This document shows, one piece after another, positions 60,101 to 64,000 of a stretch of DNA of 64,000 bases; position 1 is the first letter of the stretch; every line of letters starts with the position of its first letter. The stretch lies in contig JAKMXF010000222.1 in assembly GCA_024704765.1 (NCBI GenBank), positions 1,740,400 through 1,804,399 on the forward strand, given 5' to 3'. The notes beneath the pieces were generated by a model. That model was not told where the DNA came from. It saw nothing but the letters and a program-made list of their open reading frames with translations, and did not search any database. Made by a program: the position numbers and the translations under genes. This DNA comes from Oopsacas minuta (taxonomy: Eukaryota; Animalia; Porifera).

Positions 60101-63100
60101 TTTGGTAGGATCAAATTATAGTTCTTCTTTCACCGAATCCATGAACTCTATATTGCTGCAAAGCAACCCGATCCTAGAGTTGTTTCCATATTTAGAAATT
60201 ATGATTGAATAATACCATCGTTATTAAGAGCAACAAACAAATTTTATACATCATGCAAGTAGATCATTGCTGAATAATACGGACAAATATTCAGCATAAA
60301 TCTACTTGACTGAAAATCGCCTAGTGCAAGTAGAGCAAAGCAGCCTATTAGTGGGATGCTCGTATTTATATATTAGAATCACATATATAAAGGAACTAAA
60401 AAAAGAATATACATTCACATTTTCTAAAACAATAGGATTGCTCAAAGGAATGGCTAGCGTAGAAGTAAAAATCCACTTTATCGAACAAGGAAAAGAGAAC
60501 AAAAAGAAAATTCGAGACTGCTTCAAGAGGTTGCATGAAGCTCTACGACTCAGAGAGAGTAATCTCATATCTTACCTTGATCAAAATGAAGAGTATATTA
60601 GCAATAATCAGGAAATAAAGAAATTACTAGAGAACTTGAACAAATACAAATTGATCAGTGCAGAAACACTAAGTTCAAATGAACTGGCAGACATTCATGG
60701 AAAAGTAGAAGCATTGATAAATAACAAAATCGAGGGACTAACAGCTGAGACAGACAGGTGTATTGAATTTGAATGGAACAATCAATTCGAGACTCAAATA
60801 GAACAGCTAGGGAATATTAAAAGTTTAACTGTAAAGGATTACAGGATTGCAAGAAACAAATTTAGAAAAATATCATTCGTTTCGATATTTTTCATTTGTC
60901 TATACTTTATAAATTATGTCATATTCCAGCGGTTTCCAACCTGGGATCCATAGGATCTCAAATTTGTATTGCAGTCTATAAGATAGGGTCCACAAAGGAG
61001 AAAGGTTGGGAACCGCTGTCCTATTCTATCATTGTTATAAGATTATATCATACAACTGTGTTAAATACTGTAACATTAGCCACACATGTTGGTATTAACT
61101 ACTATTTGTAGTTCATTGGTTATAATATTACATAACAATAGTAGCTAGAGAATAGACGGAGAATAATCGCATTTGCCAGAAAGTAGGGGGGGTCGATACT
61201 CAGCCTTCAGCCAATAGGAAATGATATAATAGATACATATTGGTATCTAGACGAAGCTAGGGGGTTGCTGGTAACGCCAGGACAACTGTCAGCAACCCCT
61301 GGATTACTGAAGATTCACACAATTGTATATTAATGAGGTTGATACCAACCCCAAAGGCGAAATGCTAGTTACGCCTCTGATTGGTATTGAATTAGAATAT
61401 TCCAGTTGACATAACAAATGGTAGCTACTCACTACTGTCATATGAACGAATATCTTAGACCACAAGAGAATAACGAAATATGGAACCCCTGGCCAACTTT
61501 GAGTGATTTTTGAGGAAATAATTAAGGAATTCCAGCATAAAGTTAGAGTTTGATTAGAGTTTCGTATAAAAACAACGCGTAAGCTAATTTAAAAGAAGGA
61601 CAACATCATAGTACTAGCTTCTAACTATAATCCCTCCTATTCAATTTTCTATAAATCTCCAAAGGTGTGAACAGGAGAACGAACACGTATATATGTTAGG
61701 ACAAATTTACGGAATCAACAATTATGCATAATTACAGATTTTTGGTATGAATTACAAGCGATCTCTAAGTGTAAGCGAGTGACTTAAAATCAATATCTGT
61801 AAACATTGAATATGTGAACACGGTCGATGACATCATCATCTGCTTCATAACAACGAAGATGTGTCCATGTCATACACAGTAGAGAATTGCTTCAATAATT
61901 GATAGAATGACTCTACCTATTCTCTATTCTCTATTCTCTATTCTCTACTATGACTTGTTGAATAGCGCAAGAACTTCAATAAACTAAATATTTGTAATAC
62001 TTGCGGATGAAACTAAAGACTATGTAGTGAAAAGAACAACTATCACTATGATTCCGTAACATAAATAAATCGAAAATAATTTTACTGGATATAAGCATGC
62101 ATCTGAATTGAATGCTGCTGCTCTTGTTGAGTACATCTTCCAAAGGAATTCGTATTTCAATTTATATTTATCAATGCGTTAATCAGTGCTATGATGGTGT
62201 ATCTGTCAAAAAGCCCTCTGGTCAAAGAGGAAGACAATATTGAAAAACTCTCCGATAGAAGGTGTTCCCGTTCGTAACATGTCTTGCTGTTGAAAATATT
62301 GTTGAAAATAATTTGTCGCTTAATATGAGAGATTTTGATCTCTGAATTCAGTATACACAAACACACATGAGCATCGGTATGGGGAGAGACCGAGGCACGT
62401 ACCATAGATGCAGCTTCGTAGGGGGAGGCCGGGAATGCTGGATGCTTAGGCGGGTGGTAATGGACGTGACGGCCTTGTACACACTAAATCTATATTATTA
62501 AAACTCAATTATTGTGTGTGTGTTTGTGTGTGTTTGTCCACTTTGTATTATAATAATAGGGGAAGATAATCTGCGATATAATACAGGGAATAACATATCC
62601 TTCTGTTGACGTTATAGGAAAAGTAAACAATGAAATTGGCTAATCGAGTATGCTGATTCCGATTTTCACGTTTTCGAATTAATCATATGGAAATGTATTT
62701 GTTGTTTTTATGAATATAAAGTAAACAAATTGTTGAAATAATAATGTATTATTTCAATTTTGCAATTTCATACGTTGCAAAATTCGAGACACGAAGTGCC
62801 GAGTCTCATGCGAACACAAAGCGTTCAAGCTGCAAACAGCTCGTAGTATATTAAGTGTATCTCAAATCTAGCAATAACTAATAACCTGTTCTCTGCATCT
62901 AGAGCATCTCCAGTTACAAGCAATCCAAACAAAATAGCATCATCTGCATGAGTCTCACTCTCCTCCGGTATACCAGTGTCCTTCATCTTCCTTTCCTTTG
63001 ACTGCTCACTGAGTAGTTCGTCTACTGCTTTTCTTGTTTTATCTAGAACAGCTAAGCCTATGGAAGGGTCAGGAGAGGATAGCAATCTCAAACACAACCA

Positions 63101-63979
63101 CAAGTGATCTAGCTCAATGGCAGGAACTGGTTTCTTCAACAGTTTAGATCTTCCTAGTCTGAGCATTGAGGATATGATTAGCATAGCTTCTCCTTTAAGT
63201 GCATTACAACTCTGTTGGTTATTACACAAAGAAGCGTAGGTGATGGCTAGCTTACTCAGAGCTCCAGCTAGTGAGCAGGCTAGAGTGTAGTTACCTTCTA
63301 GAAGCTTCTTGCGTAGAGTAGGAGCATCATCCAGCTTCTTAGCCTTAGGGGTTATATATAAGATAAGTAAAGTACAGTAACGCCTGTAATGGTCACTTAC
63401 TATTAACATTACGTAATAATCTTTGATGATCAAATTCCAAATATTTCCCAAAGCATTGTAATAATCCAATACAAATACACTGGAACCAACATAACCCAAC
63501 ATCTGTATTGTTAAGAAGACATCTATAATCAGACAGAGTTAATCTAAAAGCTTCGTACAATACAAATTCAGCTGGATAATCTTACAATTTGCTAACCCGA
63601 CACAATTTCCATATACAAGCCACCAATGATTGTCGGATTATGCATGTTCCCCACTGTATATTATAGTTGCTATTTCCCCTTACTGTATATGCATAAGCTT
63701 GACTTAATGTAATACCTGAGAAGTAGCAGAGCTAAGAGCACTTTGAGTTGCATATGTCCCATCAGCAGTGACATATGAATGAGATCCAGTAGGCACAGAC
63801 TCTATAATATTCAGAGAATCATCCTCTCCAGCAGCCTCCTTTCTTTGCTCGCTCTCCACTATAGGGAGCTCTCCCACCAATAATCTTATCTCCTGCATCA
63901 CTCTAGTTATTTCTTCCTCAGTCATACAGTGCTGACCTAGCACCCATAATAATTGACGGAGTACTTCTCCATTTTCAAC
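57152..63979 (-). CDS. COPB1: Coatomer subunit beta, 3' partial (continues beyond the window); exons 63979-63716, 63343-62886, 57950-57152
   Basis: [131 protein letters not shown] are hallmark beta-COP motifs; splice phases fit. Confidence 0.96.
58548..59240 (-). mobile_element. Mariner (DD34D) transposase relic with one TIR
   Basis: [37 protein letters not shown] and C-terminal [18 protein letters not shown] with stops and frameshifts; TA|TACGAGGGTC TIR at 58548. Confidence 0.88.
59489..60200 (-). mobile_element. Gypsy/Ty3 LTR-retrotransposon integrase relic
   Basis: [13 protein letters not shown]...[22 protein letters not shown]...[16 protein letters not shown]...TSSYHP (rve core); frameshifted, no LTRs identified. 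Confidence 0.9.
60450..60953 (+). CDS. Orphan coiled-coil ORF (about 167 aa) resembling the B-box C-terminal coiled coil of TRIM/NHL proteins, antisense inside a COPB1 intron; may be a truncated copy
   Basis: [26 protein letters not shown]...[19 protein letters not shown] shows the typical I...F..LH.AL..RE..L coiled-coil pattern and LG.I ending. A TAG acceptor lies about 15 nt before the ATG; no downstream NHL exons are visible. Confidence 0.5.
   Translation: MASVEVKIHFIEQGKENKKKIRDCFKRLHEALRLRESNLISYLDQNEEYISNNQEIKKLLENLNKYKLISAETLSSNELADIHGKVEALINNKIEGLTAETDRCIEFEWNNQFETQIEQLGNIKSLTVKDYRIARNKFRKISFVSIFFICLYFINYVIFQRFPTWDP
61918..61947 (+). repeat. Short (CTATTCT)n tandem repeat
   Basis: About four direct copies read in the sequence. 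Confidence 0.8.
62489..62843 (+). mobile_element. Non-autonomous Helitron, family A, in the COPB1 intron
   Basis: A|TCTATATTATTAAAACTCAATT ... GAATTAATCATATG ... CACGAAGTGCCGAG ... CAGCTCG|T. Confidence 0.8.
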
Positions 63980-64000
63980 CTAACAATAGAGCCATTCAAA

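Noticed and set aside
62368-62474. GC-rich island with weak similarity to the 5S rRNA 3' end, HDV ribozyme P1 or an LTR edge
   Set aside because: It does not fit the 5S length or structure, lacks HDV P1.1 and J4/2 elements, and no paired LTR was found.
1-64000. CRISPR arrays, prokaryotic operons or defence systems, tRNA and rRNA genes; the many short antisense or GTG/TTG-start ORFs in the track
   Set aside because: No repeat-spacer arrays, cloverleafs or rRNA motifs were seen and the DNA is intron-containing and eukaryotic. The short ORFs are shadows of real exons or chance ORFs in AT-rich DNA.

Overview
This is AT-rich, intron-containing animal genomic DNA, not prokaryotic. The evidence is GT-AG introns of 50 nt to several kb and genes for ETS factors, KANSL1 and a BBX/CIC-type HMG box. 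The compactness and gene style resemble a sponge genome, possibly a glass sponge, but that is inference only. I assembled eight host genes by hand from splice sites, in this order: COP1-type WD40-only protein (-), CDC45 (-), USP4/15-type deubiquitinase with an internal RING finger (-), BBX/Capicua-like HMG-box factor (+), ERG/FLI-group ETS factor (-), ETS1/2 factor with PNT domain (-), KANSL1 (-), and the 3' part of beta-COP (-, runs off the window). Introns and intergenic DNA carry non-autonomous Helitrons, Helentron/DINE-like elements, Tc1/pogo and hAT MITEs, mariner and Gypsy relics, a probable TRIM pseudogene and an (AAT)29 tract. The strongest candidates for novelty are (1) a DUB with a C4C4 RING inserted in its catalytic domain, (2) a RING-less, plant RUP-like COP1 protein in an animal, (3) an adjacent ETS1/2 + ERG/FLI pair matching the vertebrate ETS1-FLI1 and ETS2-ERG linkages, and (4) a Helitron family ending mostly in CTCG instead of CTRR. 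All exon models come from reading the sequence and have no transcript or database support.
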